64,000 nt of DNA, taken from the NCBI GenBank assembly GCA_963666565.1, contig OY762911.1:2528001-2592000 (forward strand), in the 5' to 3' direction. Position numbers and translations under genes: made by a program. How positions within the stretch are numbered: position 1 is the first letter of the stretch; each line of letters starts with the position of its first letter. Positions 54,157 to 63,800 of this stretch are shown here, piece after piece. The notes beneath the pieces were generated by a model. That model searched no databases. It was not told where the DNA came from and was given only the letters and a program-made list of their open reading frames with translations. Source of the DNA: Thermoanaerobaculia bacterium (GTDB lineage: Bacteria > Acidobacteriota > Thermoanaerobaculia > Multivoradales > Multivoraceae).

Positions 54157-55503
54157 GTGCATGGCATAGCGATTCGCATCTTCGGTGTCGTCCTGGGTCT
54201 GGCGCTGGCGGCGCCGGCAGCGGCCGACGACTGGCCGCAGTGGCGGGGCGCCGACCGCTCCGGCGAGTGGCGCGAGGACGGCATCCTCGAGCAGTTCCCG
54301 GAGGACGGCCTCGACGTCGTCTGGCGCACGCCGATCGACGGCGGCTACTCGGGGCCTTCGGTGGCCGACGGCCGCGTCTTCATCACCGACTGGCGGCCCA
54401 AGGAGGGCTCGCGGATCAAGGAGGGCTTCGAGCGGGCCCTGGCGCTGGACGAGGAAACCGGCGAAGTCCTCTGGACCCACGAGTGGGAGGTCGGCTACGC
54501 GCCGCTCCAGGCGAGCTACGCGATCGGCCCGCGGGCGACGCCGACGGTCGACGGCGATCGGGTGTACATGGCCGGCGCGGTCGGCCACGTCCTGGCGTTC
54601 GAGGCCGCCACCGGCGAGGTGATCTGGTCCTACGACGCGCAGGAGGAGGGCGACGCCAGCGTCGCGATCTGGGGCTTCTCCAGCTCGCCGCTCGTCCATC
54701 GCGACCTGCTGATCGCCGTGGTCGGCGCCGAACCGGACGGCAAGGTGATGGCCTTCGACAAGCGTACCGGCGAGGAGGTGTGGCGCGCGCTTTCGTCGAA
54801 CTGGGAACCGGGCTACGGCCAGCCGCTCCTCGTCGAGCGCGGCGGCGTGGAGCAGCTCGTCATCTGGGAGCCGCAGGGGGTCAACTCGCTCAATCCGCGG
54901 ACCGGCGAGGTGTACTGGACGGTGCCCTGGGAGGGCGCGTCGTCGCTCACCGTGGCGACGCCGGTGGTCCACGACAACCGGTTGTTTCTGACTCAGTTCT
55001 ACCGCGGCTCGCTGATGCTCGAGTTCGACCGCGAGAAGCCCGCGGTGCGCGAGATCTGGCGCGGCCAGGGCCGGAGCGAACTGCCGGACCGGACGGAGGG
55101 CCTGCACTCGCTGATCACGACGCCGATTTTCGAGGGCGACACGATCTACGGCGTCTGCAGCTACGGCGAGCTGCGAGGGCTCAACGCCGCCGACGGCGCC
55201 CGGCTGTGGGTCACCGACCGGATGACGCGCCAGGGCCGGTGGGGCGCCGCCTTCATGGTGAAGCACGGCGACCGCTGGTTCGTCAACAACGACGAGGGCT
55301 ACCTGATCATCGCGCGCTTCTCCCGGGACGGCTACGAGGAAATCGACCGCGCGAAGCTGTTGAAGCCGACAGCCAATGCCGGCTTCGGTCCCCAGCGATT
55401 CGGAGAGGCGATGGTCAACTGGTCGCATCCGGCCTACGCCAACCGCCACATCGTCGCCCGCAACGACGAGGAGATCATCCGCGTGTCCCTCGCCGCGAAG
55501 TGA
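54157..55503 (+). CDS. secreted PQQ-like beta-propeller repeat protein
   Basis: GGAGG RBS, signal peptide, 'DDWPQWRG', 'GYSGPSVADGRVF', 'GPRATPTVDG', 'WSHPAYAN'. Confidence 0.85.
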   Translation: MHGIAIRIFGVVLGLALAAPAAADDWPQWRGADRSGEWREDGILEQFPEDGLDVVWRTPIDGGYSGPSVADGRVFITDWRPKEGSRIKEGFERALALDEETGEVLWTHEWEVGYAPLQASYAIGPRATPTVDGDRVYMAGAVGHVLAFEAATGEVIWSYDAQEEGDASVAIWGFSSSPLVHRDLLIAVVGAEPDGKVMAFDKRTGEEVWRALSSNWEPGYGQPLLVERGGVEQLVIWEPQGVNSLNPRTGEVYWTVPWEGASSLTVATPVVHDNRLFLTQFYRGSLMLEFDREKPAVREIWRGQGRSELPDRTEGLHSLITTPIFEGDTIYGVCSYGELRGLNAADGARLWVTDRMTRQGRWGAAFMVKHGDRWFVNNDEGYLIIARFSRDGYEEIDRAKLLKPTANAGFGPQRFGEAMVNWSHPAYANRHIVARNDEEIIRVSLAAK

Positions 55504-55505
55504 CG

Positions 55506-56819
55506 GTGAGCGCCGCGGGGATCACGCGTGGCGGGTACCCGGAGGCTCGCCGCCGCCGCGCGCGCCGCGAGGAGCGCGTCCCGGCGCTGGCCGCGGTCCT
55601 GCTGGCGGCGGCCGCCTTGCCCGCCGCCGGCCAGGGTCCAGCCGGCGAACTGATCTTCCCGCTCGAGCACTGGCACAACCACGGTTCGTCCGTGGTCGAA
55701 CTCCCGAACGGCGACCTGCTTGTGGCGTGGTTCCACGGCTCGGGCGAGCGGCGCTCCGACGACGTGCGGATCCTGGGCGCCCGCCTGCGAGCGGGCGCCA
55801 CGGCCTGGAGCGAGCCGTTCCTGCTCGCCGACACGCCCGGCTTCCCCGACACGAACTGCACCCTGCTGCTCGAACCGGTGGCGGCGGGGGGCCACCGGCT
55901 GTGGCTGTTCTGGCCCACGATCCAGGCGAACCTCTGGGAGAGCGCCCTGATGAAGGTCAAGGTCTCGACCGACTTCGATGGGCCGGGGCCGCCCGTGTGG
56001 CAGTGGCAGGACGTGCTCCACATGAAGCCGGGCGAGGGGTTCCACGACCTGGTGGCGGCGAAGACGGACGAGTACTTCCGGAGCCTCGGTTTCGCCGGCG
56101 CAACCGATCCGGCCGCGCCGGAGTCGGCCCGGCAGTGGGCCGCGCGCAACCTGGAGCAGGCCGCCGACAAGCTGACCCGGCGGCTCGGCTGGTTCACGCG
56201 CGCCCATCCGGTCGTCCTGCCGCTGCCCGAGGGCGGCCAACGGCTGCTCCTCGGCCTCTACTCGGACGGCTTCAGCTTCGCCTCCGCCACCTACAGCGAC
56301 GACGGCGGCCATACATGGACGATGAGCGAGCCGATCGTCGGCGGCGGCAGCATCCAGCCCACGTTCGCGCTGCGCGACGACGGCACGCTGGTCGCCTTCA
56401 TGCGCGACAACGGGCCGCCGCCGAAGCGCGCCCACGTCGCCGAGTCGCGGGACCTGGGGGCGACCTGGAGCATCGCCCGCGACCACCCGGACCTGGTCGA
56501 GACCGGCGCCGGGCTGGAGGTCCTGAAGCTCGCGAGCGGCCGCTGGATCGTCGTCCACAACGACATTCCCGATGGCCGCTACCGACTCGCGGTGTCCGTC
56601 TCCGAGGACGAGGGCCGCACTTTCAGGCACGGGCGCTACATCGAGCGCGAGGAGAAGGGCGTCGGCCGCTACCACTACCCGTCCGTCATCCAGGCCCGGA
56701 ACGGCCGCGTCCACGCGACCTACAGCTACCATGTCGCCGGCGCGCTCGACGACGGCGGCCAGGGCAAGAGCATCAAGCACGTGAGTTTCGAAGAAGCCTG
56801 GCTGCTCGGCGACGATTGA
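55506..56819 (+). CDS. BNR/Asp-box repeat protein (sialidase-like beta-propeller)
   Basis: Asp boxes 'SDDGGHTW', 'SRDLGATW', 'SEDEGRTF', plus 'HGSSVVELPNGDLL..WF.GS.E' and 'YHYPS'. Start uncertain. Confidence 0.8.
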   Translation: MSAAGITRGGYPEARRRRARREERVPALAAVLLAAAALPAAGQGPAGELIFPLEHWHNHGSSVVELPNGDLLVAWFHGSGERRSDDVRILGARLRAGATAWSEPFLLADTPGFPDTNCTLLLEPVAAGGHRLWLFWPTIQANLWESALMKVKVSTDFDGPGPPVWQWQDVLHMKPGEGFHDLVAAKTDEYFRSLGFAGATDPAAPESARQWAARNLEQAADKLTRRLGWFTRAHPVVLPLPEGGQRLLLGLYSDGFSFASATYSDDGGHTWTMSEPIVGGGSIQPTFALRDDGTLVAFMRDNGPPPKRAHVAESRDLGATWSIARDHPDLVETGAGLEVLKLASGRWIVVHNDIPDGRYRLAVSVSEDEGRTFRHGRYIEREEKGVGRYHYPSVIQARNGRVHATYSYHVAGALDDGGQGKSIKHVSFEEAWLLGDD

Positions 56820-56851
56820 GATAGACCGAGAGAAACCGGGAGGAGTCCCCC

Positions 56852-58192
56852 ATGCATCGACGACCGATCTCCGCTCTGGCACTCGCCGCCATCCTCGCTT
56901 CCGGCCTGCTCGCGGGCTGCGCGCCCCAGGAAGGCGGCGGCGCGGGTGGCGAGACCTTCGCCGGCCTGCCGGTTGCAACACCCGAGAGCGCCGGCATGTC
57001 GAGCGAGCGGCTCGACCGCATCCGGCCGGCGTTCGAGAGCTACGTGACGGACGGCAAGCTGCCCGGCGTGGTCACCGTCGTGGCCCGCGACGGCCGGGTC
57101 GTCCACTTCGAGGCCAGCGGCCACCAGGACGTCGAAGCCGGCGAGCCGATGGCGGAGGACACCATCTTCCGCATGTACTCGATGACCAAGCCGATCGCCT
57201 CGGCGGCGCTGATGATCCTCTGGGAGGAGGGCCACTTCCTGCTGTCGACGCCGCTGTCCCAGGTCCTTCCCGAGTTTGCCGACACGCAGGTCTACGTCTC
57301 CGGCGACAGCGACGACATGGAGACGGAACCGCCGCGGCGGCCGATCGTCGTCCGCGACCTGATGACCCACACCTCGGGGCTGACCTACACCTTCATTCCC
57401 GGACCGGTCGCCGCCTCCTACGCGGCCGCGGGACTCGAAGGGTCGGCCGAGGCCGTTCCGCACGACGACCTTGCGCACTACGTGCGGGAACTGGCGAAGC
57501 AGCCGCTGATGGCGCACCCCGGGTCGGCCTGGAACTACAGCGTCGGCCTCGAGGTCGCGGGCCGGGTGGTCGAGGTCGTGTCCGGGCAGAGCTTTCGGGA
57601 CTTTCTGAAGGAGCGCATCTTCGACCCGCTGGAGATGGTCGACACGGACTTCCACGTCCCGGACGAGAAGCTCGACCGCCTGGCCGTCAACTACGCGCCG
57701 ACGCCGGAGGGCGGCATCGTCGTCATGGACGATCCGGAGACGAGCGCCTATCGCAAGCCGCCCAAGGTCGAGATGGGCGGCTCCGGCCTGGTCGCCACCG
57801 CCGGCGACTACCTGCGCTTCGCCCAGATGCTGGCGAACGGCGGCGAACTGGACGGCGTACGGATCCTCGGCACGCAGACGGTGGCCCTGATGATGGACAA
57901 CCACCTGGGCTCGGCCTACGGTCCGTCGCCGATGTCGAGCCTCAACCTCGACATGGGGATGAGCGAGGGGATGGGCTACGGCCTGGGCGGCTACTCGATT
58001 ACCGACACCGGGCTGACCGGCCTGCCGGCCTCGCCGGGCACCTACGGCTGGGGCGGCGCCGCCTCGACCGACTTCCTGGTCGATCCCGAGCAGGACCTCG
58101 TCGCCATGGTGCTAACCCAGTTGCTGCCGACCGGCACCTATCCGCTTCGCCCGACGATGGAGGTGCTGACGTATCAGGCGATCGTGGAGTAG
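56852..58192 (+). CDS. serine hydrolase, beta-lactamase-related family (predicted lipoprotein)
   Basis: Lipobox 'LLAGC', 'FRMYSMTK' (SxxK), 'LMTHTSG', 'WNYS', 'GWGG'. Confidence 0.88.
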   Translation: MHRRPISALALAAILASGLLAGCAPQEGGGAGGETFAGLPVATPESAGMSSERLDRIRPAFESYVTDGKLPGVVTVVARDGRVVHFEASGHQDVEAGEPMAEDTIFRMYSMTKPIASAALMILWEEGHFLLSTPLSQVLPEFADTQVYVSGDSDDMETEPPRRPIVVRDLMTHTSGLTYTFIPGPVAASYAAAGLEGSAEAVPHDDLAHYVRELAKQPLMAHPGSAWNYSVGLEVAGRVVEVVSGQSFRDFLKERIFDPLEMVDTDFHVPDEKLDRLAVNYAPTPEGGIVVMDDPETSAYRKPPKVEMGGSGLVATAGDYLRFAQMLANGGELDGVRILGTQTVALMMDNHLGSAYGPSPMSSLNLDMGMSEGMGYGLGGYSITDTGLTGLPASPGTYGWGGAASTDFLVDPEQDLVAMVLTQLLPTGTYPLRPTMEVLTYQAIVE

Positions 58193-58223
58193 GCGCCAGA
58201 CCCGCGCCGCTTCCGCGCAGGGC

Positions 58224-58892
58224 CTACGGGACCTGTCCTTCGGCGTTCAGGCGCCACACGATCGTCCGCCGGCACGCCTTGCAGATCGCGCCTTCGCGCA
58301 GCGAGCGGCTGAGCCGCTGGCGGGACCACGGCCTCTCGCAGCCGCACCTGCCGATCCAGCGGGGCAGCGTATGGCCGACGCTGGAGCAGCGCTCGGCCTT
58401 GCAGCCAATTTCCCGCGCCTTGGCCCGCCAGACGGCGTCGTGACGGTGCTCGACTCCGACGATCGCGTGGGCGATTTCGTGCAGCAGCGTGTCCTCGATC
58501 TCGTCCCGCGGCGCCCGAAGGCAGTAGCAGACGGAGAGGTCGATGCGCTTGCTCCGCTGGCGGCAGACGCCGGCGCGCGCCGTGGAGAGGTCGAAACCGA
58601 ACGTCCACTCGGCGCCCAGCCCGCTCCGCCGCCGATGACGCGCGAACAGACGGCGGGCCAGCTCTTCGACATCCGCCAGCGTGCATTCGCGTTCCGCTTC
58701 CCGCTCGACGACTCGCAGGAGCCGGTAGGGGACCTTCCACCGACCGTCGGCGCCCGCCGCCACGACCGCGTGGCGCTTGAGCAGCTTGGCGACGACGCCG
58801 GCGACCGACCGTCCACGCCCCGTGAACTCCACCCGGCTTCCGGGAGGAACCGCGGCGCCGGGGAAGTCGGCGGTGATGACGCTGGCGTTCAC
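58224..58892 (-). CDS. SprT-like zinc metalloprotease with N-terminal SH3-like domain and C-terminal Zn ribbon
   Basis: 'RAGVC', 'DTLLHEIAHA' (HExxH), 'HDAVW', 'IGC..ERC', 'CGC...CKAC'. Confidence 0.8.
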   Translation of the reverse strand: MNASVITADFPGAAVPPGSRVEFTGRGRSVAGVVAKLLKRHAVVAAGADGRWKVPYRLLRVVEREAERECTLADVEELARRLFARHRRRSGLGAEWTFGFDLSTARAGVCRQRSKRIDLSVCYCLRAPRDEIEDTLLHEIAHAIVGVEHRHDAVWRAKAREIGCKAERCSSVGHTLPRWIGRCGCERPWSRQRLSRSLREGAICKACRRTIVWRLNAEGQVP

Positions 58893-58951
58893 GGGGTTTC
58901 AGTCGGCGAGCGGCGCCCTGTTGCTTCGTCGCTCATGGCCGGCGCCCGGGG

Positions 58952-60811
58952 TCAATCGACCCGGTCGAAGAAGCCGGCGTTCTCGCCGATGATCGGAACC
59001 ACGAGGGCGCGGTCGAGGTAGTCGTTCCTCATCTCGCAGGAGGTTTCCGCCACGAGCGTGCAGCCATGACACGCGGCCCCGTGCAGCCAGCGCTGTTCCG
59101 TGCTCGACTGCGGCACATGCTGGGCGCACACCGGGTCGTTCGAGCACAAGGCGGCGATGTGGAGCGCCTGGCGCAGGTGATCGCCCATGCGGCGGGCCTG
59201 CTGCACCAGGCCGCCGAGCGTGCCTTCGGCGTCCGCGCTGGCGGTGTAGAGCAGGAGTCCGTAGCGCTTCGCGGCTTCGTCGACGTAGATGCGCTCCCGG
59301 ATCGAAGCTGCCGGGTAGCCGCAGCGCAGGGCGAGCGACTGGATCAGCAGGTGGGACAGGGTATGCAGCAGGACGTAGCGGCCGCCGGGGAAGGGGCGCT
59401 CGCTCTGGCCGCGGCCGCCGGTTCGACGTTCGACCCAACGCTCATGGCCCGCCCGGAGTGCCGCGCAGCGCGTCTGCACGTCCGGCTTCCGGCGCCAATC
59501 GGAGATGGCCGAGCCGTTCAGCAGGACGAACACGCCCTCGCCCCGGTTCTCGACCGCCGGGAACCAGGACGGTTCGAGCGCCAGGTCGGCGCGTTCGACG
59601 TCCGTGTCGTATTCGCCGTCGACGTTCGGGGTCGGCGCCTCGAATCGCGTGAAGCCGGCGAGGGCCGACACTTCGCGCAGTCGATGGACCTGCACGACCG
59701 CCTCGACGCGGTCCAGGAACGCGGCGCCGGTGGCCCGCCACTCGCGGGCCGGCAGGCGGCGGGCGTGGAACCGGGGGTCCACCGGAACGTTGTCGTCGTA
59801 GCCTTCGGGGGCCGCCAGCAGCGCGTCGAGTTCGGCGTGCTTCATCGGTTGTTCTTCCGGGTCGCCCGCCCGGCGGCGCTCGATGGCGGCGACGACTTCG
59901 GCGTCGTCGAACCCCTGCAGGGCCGCCTTGACCCTGGGGATGCCCTTGAGCAAGGCCAGATTCTCCTCCGTCTTGACGACCTGGAGCGTGTCCCACAGCT
60001 CGCCGACCGCCTGATCGACGACCGATCTCCGCCGCGGCAGGGAGAGGGCCGTGACGACCTGCGGAAACCAGGCGTTCGTCGCGGTGCGGATCAGCAGGCG
60101 GCTCGGCAGGTTGCAGTCCTCGTTCGCGTTGCGGCCGAGCCAGGGACGGGCGCCGTTGCAGATGCCGAGCGGCCGTTCCTCCAGCGTCTTCGCCTCGTGC
60201 ATGCCGCGGTTGCTGCCGCAACTGCAGCGAACGACGAGATTCGAGAGGTCGCCGCCGGTGCCGGTCTCGTCAAGCCGAAGTTCGCCTCTGCATTGGGACT
60301 TGCCGCCGTGGACGAAGCGATACCAGTCGATGTCGTCCACATGGCCCCGTGGGCAGCCCTGGACGAACCGGGTCGCGACCACGGGCTTGCCGTCGAACCT
60401 CCGGCGGTCGTCCAGGGCGGTGCGATGGACGATCCGGCGGGAGGTGCGGCCCGGGCGATCGCCGGCGTCGGAAGCGGCATCGTTCTGCACCAGGAACCAC
60501 TCCGGGAAGCGCGGCGAGGCGATGCCCGGCGAGTTGGCCCCTGGACGGTCAGACGCCGGGGGCGGAGCGAACAGGCCCGGCGGCGTACCGCCGGTGAGCG
60601 CCCGCAGCCGCTCCGCGAGCCTCGGTTCTTCGATCGCTTCGAGCAGATGCGGCGGCGGCCACCAGTCGAGGCCGCCGACGACCGCCGAGTCCCTGGGCAA
60701 GTCGATCAGGGCGCCCGGCCCGTAGGTCGTGATGACCTGGCTCCGGCGTACGCTGCCCCTGCTGCCGCCCTTGCCAGCCTTGCCGGCCTTGCCGCGCCCG
60801 CGCCGGGCCAT
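58952..60811 (-). CDS. drmB: DISARM DrmB (DUF1998 domain protein)
   Basis: 'RRSQVITTYGPGALIDLP', 'CPRGHVDD', 'RLREV.AL.GFTR', 'PAVENRGEG', 'LLHTLSHLL', 'CGYPAASIRER', 'EGTLGGLV', 'CSNDPVC..GAACHGC..ETSCE..N..LDR'. Confidence 0.9.
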   Translation of the reverse strand: MARRGRGKAGKAGKGGSRGSVRRSQVITTYGPGALIDLPRDSAVVGGLDWWPPPHLLEAIEEPRLAERLRALTGGTPPGLFAPPPASDRPGANSPGIASPRFPEWFLVQNDAASDAGDRPGRTSRRIVHRTALDDRRRFDGKPVVATRFVQGCPRGHVDDIDWYRFVHGGKSQCRGELRLDETGTGGDLSNLVVRCSCGSNRGMHEAKTLEERPLGICNGARPWLGRNANEDCNLPSRLLIRTATNAWFPQVVTALSLPRRRSVVDQAVGELWDTLQVVKTEENLALLKGIPRVKAALQGFDDAEVVAAIERRRAGDPEEQPMKHAELDALLAAPEGYDDNVPVDPRFHARRLPAREWRATGAAFLDRVEAVVQVHRLREVSALAGFTRFEAPTPNVDGEYDTDVERADLALEPSWFPAVENRGEGVFVLLNGSAISDWRRKPDVQTRCAALRAGHERWVERRTGGRGQSERPFPGGRYVLLHTLSHLLIQSLALRCGYPAASIRERIYVDEAAKRYGLLLYTASADAEGTLGGLVQQARRMGDHLRQALHIAALCSNDPVCAQHVPQSSTEQRWLHGAACHGCTLVAETSCEMRNDYLDRALVVPIIGENAGFFDRVD

Positions 60812-63800
60812 CAGCGCTCTCCACCGCCGGCAGGATCCCGGACGTACAGGTGGACCTCGGGTTCGACGTCGCGCAAGGACCGGTTGGCCCGGAACCTTCG
60901 GTGGTGGTCCGAATCGAACTCGGTGTCCAGCATCTCCCGCAGCAGAGGCTGGCCGGCCCGCCGTTCGTAGCGCTGGTACTTAACGTCGGTTCCCACCTCG
61001 CGGTAGGCGTCGACGACGTGCTGCCAAGAGTCGAGCAGATCGGCGGTGCGGCTCCTTACGCTCCGCAGCTTCTCCTCCCGCTCCGCTTCCTCCAGCGGCT
61101 GAGCGTGGAGCCGGTCGCGGAACGCTTCTACCAGCCGGCGCTCGATCTCGGCCCGGGCGTCGGCCAGCCTCCCCACGCCCTGGGCGGGCGTCAGGGACGG
61201 TTCGGCGTGGCGGGCAAGCGCCACCAGCGCACCAGCCATCCCGCGGTCGAGCGCGCGGGCCGCGAAGGGCGTCACGCTTCCGGCCTCGACGGCGCGGTAG
61301 AAGGTCTCGTGGTAGTGGCGAAAGCGCTCGTAGTAGGAGCGGTCCCGCGGCTTGTGGACGTTCAGGAGGGTGAGCACCAGCCCCGGTCTGGCGTCGTCCC
61401 GGCCGACCCGGCTCGTCGCCTGGATGTACTCGGCGTTCGTCTTGGGCTGGCCCAGGACGACCATGAGTCCGAGGCGCTGGATGTCGAGACCGACCGAGAT
61501 CATGTTCGTGGCCAAGGCGCAGTCGACGCGGCCGCTCCGGTGGAACGGCAGGCCGAGCCTCTGGCGGGCCTGGGCGACGTCGGCGGTCGAGACCCGCGAG
61601 GTCAGCTCCAGCGGTTCCACGTAGGTCGAACGGTCCCGGAAGTACCTTCGTTCCTGGCCGATTCGCCTGCGCGCGCCATACCGCCGGAGGGTGTTCTGCA
61701 CCTCTTCTTCCACGATCCGGCGTGCGCCGCCCAGTTCGCGCAGACTGTTGAAGTAGGCCAGCACCGTCATGTACGGGTCGGCGGGGTTGGCGGCGTTGTC
61801 TCTGCCCCCGGCGTCGCGGTACGCCTTCTGGGCCGCCGCCATCAACGGCAGCAGCACGCGGCGCATCATGACCTTCGCGTTCTTCCCCGGCGACGCGATG
61901 CCCAGGTAGAGCCGCGCGGGCGTCTCGCTCGGCGGCTTGACCTGGGCGAAGAACGAATCCCGGCGGGTGAGTCCGGGCGGCGGGAAGATCTGCGTCACCG
62001 GACGGCCGAAGAGCGCCTGGATCTGGTCCCGCGCGTGGCGCGTCGTGGCCGTGGACGCGACGATCTTCGGCTTCGCCGGGCCACCGCCGCCGGACTGGCG
62101 GAGCGAGAGCGCCTCGATGGCCGTCTCGTACAGGCCGGTCATCGAGCCGAGCGGCCCCGCGATCAGGTGCAGCTCGTCCTGGACGATCAGGTCGGGGCCG
62201 GCAAGCGGCGCCGGCAGCGGCTGGCCGCGACCGGGCTCCGCGGCGCCGTAGAACCCGGCGTCGTCGTAGCGGTCGGCGCCGCCGAGGAGCGCGCCCGACC
62301 GCGCTTCCCACGGCAAGGCGGCGAACTTGTCGACCGTCGAGATCAGGAAGCAGGGCAGGCGGCGGTAGAGCGGTTCGTCGACGGCGACGATCGGCAACGG
62401 ACGGTCGCCGGAGAACTCGCATTCCCAGGCGGCGCACGCCACTCGCAGGTTCCGCGGTTCGTCCTTGTTCGGTTCCAGCGAGAAGGAGTCGGGAGTGAAC
62501 TGCTCGCCGCACCACGGGCAGTTCTCGAGCGGGATCGGCGACGGATTGCGGTCGGGTTCGCGCTGGTAGCGCGTCGTCTTGGAGCGCGCCGACTCGCTGT
62601 CGCCGTCGCCCTTGCGGCCGAGCACGTTCGGCGTGGCCGCCTTGCCGACCCAGAGTCCGATCTCGAACGGCCATTCGCCGTAGCGCTCGGGATCGTCCGC
62701 CCGCTCCAGTTCCAGCGCACAGACCAGGCCGGCGGCTCTCGCCAGCTGGTCGAGGGTCAGCAGGCGCAGGGTGTAGCGCATGACGACCGACACGCCGGCG
62801 CCGGCTCGGCCGGCGGCTTCCGGGTGGCGAAGGCGGCGCAGCACGATGGCGAAGGCGGCCAGGCCGAGGTAGGCCTCCGTCTTGCCGCCGCCGGTGGGGA
62901 AGAAGAGCAGGTCCACGAACTCGCGGTGCGGGTCTTCCGGGTCGGCGAGCGGGGCCAGGTTGAGCAGGATGAAGGCGAGTTGGAAGGCGCGCCACTTCGG
63001 GTCGTTCTCCGTGAACACGTCCGGGTTTCGCCGCCGAAGCGCCTGGGCGATGGCCCGGTTGGCGACGCGAAAGGCGTCGAGGGCCTGTTCGTCCCGCTGC
63101 AGGGCGGCGACGCCCCGTTCCATCCGGTCGGCGGCGAACTCGGCCCGTCGCAGAAGTTCCTCGGCGGTTTCGGTGTGGTCGGCGTCGATGCCCGGAAGAT
63201 CGGCTCGGCGGTCCTCGATCCACTCGCGGTAGGCGGCCGTCAGCGGTTGAAGCGCCGCCTCCGCATCGGCCGCGCCGGGCAGCGCGCCGAGCCGGTCCAT
63301 CGAGAGGTCGACGCCGGAAGGCTCGAACGTCTCCGTCTTCTCGACCTCGGCGCTCGGGATCCAGGCCGTCCGTACCGTGCGGCAACTGCCGTCTTCCTCC
63401 TGGTCCCACTCGGCCGACACGTTGTGGCCGGTGGCGTACCGGGGCGCGTCCGCGTAGTGCAGGGCCGCCACCTGCTCGTCCCAATCGTCGTCCTGGGCCG
63501 AGCGGAGGTCGGGGCGGCGTAGGAAGGGCCGGTCGCCATGCACTTCGATCTCGGCCTGGAAGGCGTACGTCGCTTCCTGGTCGTCGAACGCGTCGGCCGG
63601 CTGCCGGTTGTTCACCAGGAACACGGTGACCGCCAGGGCGCCGGCGGGAATCGCCTTGATCTCCGAAATCAGCCGGCGCTCGATGTGAAGCTGCAGGCCG
63701 CCCGAGGCGGGAACGTCGTGGACCGTGGCGCCTTCGCCGCCGCCCAGATCGACCGGGACGACCTCCTCCCGCGGCGTCCGCAGCCAGAAGCGGCGGCTTC

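Noticed and set aside
56852-58192. Antibiotic-resistance beta-lactamase
   Set aside because: The motifs fit the broad esterase/serine-hydrolase branch (SMTK, LxxHxSG, WGG). Nothing indicates a true beta-lactamase or mobility.
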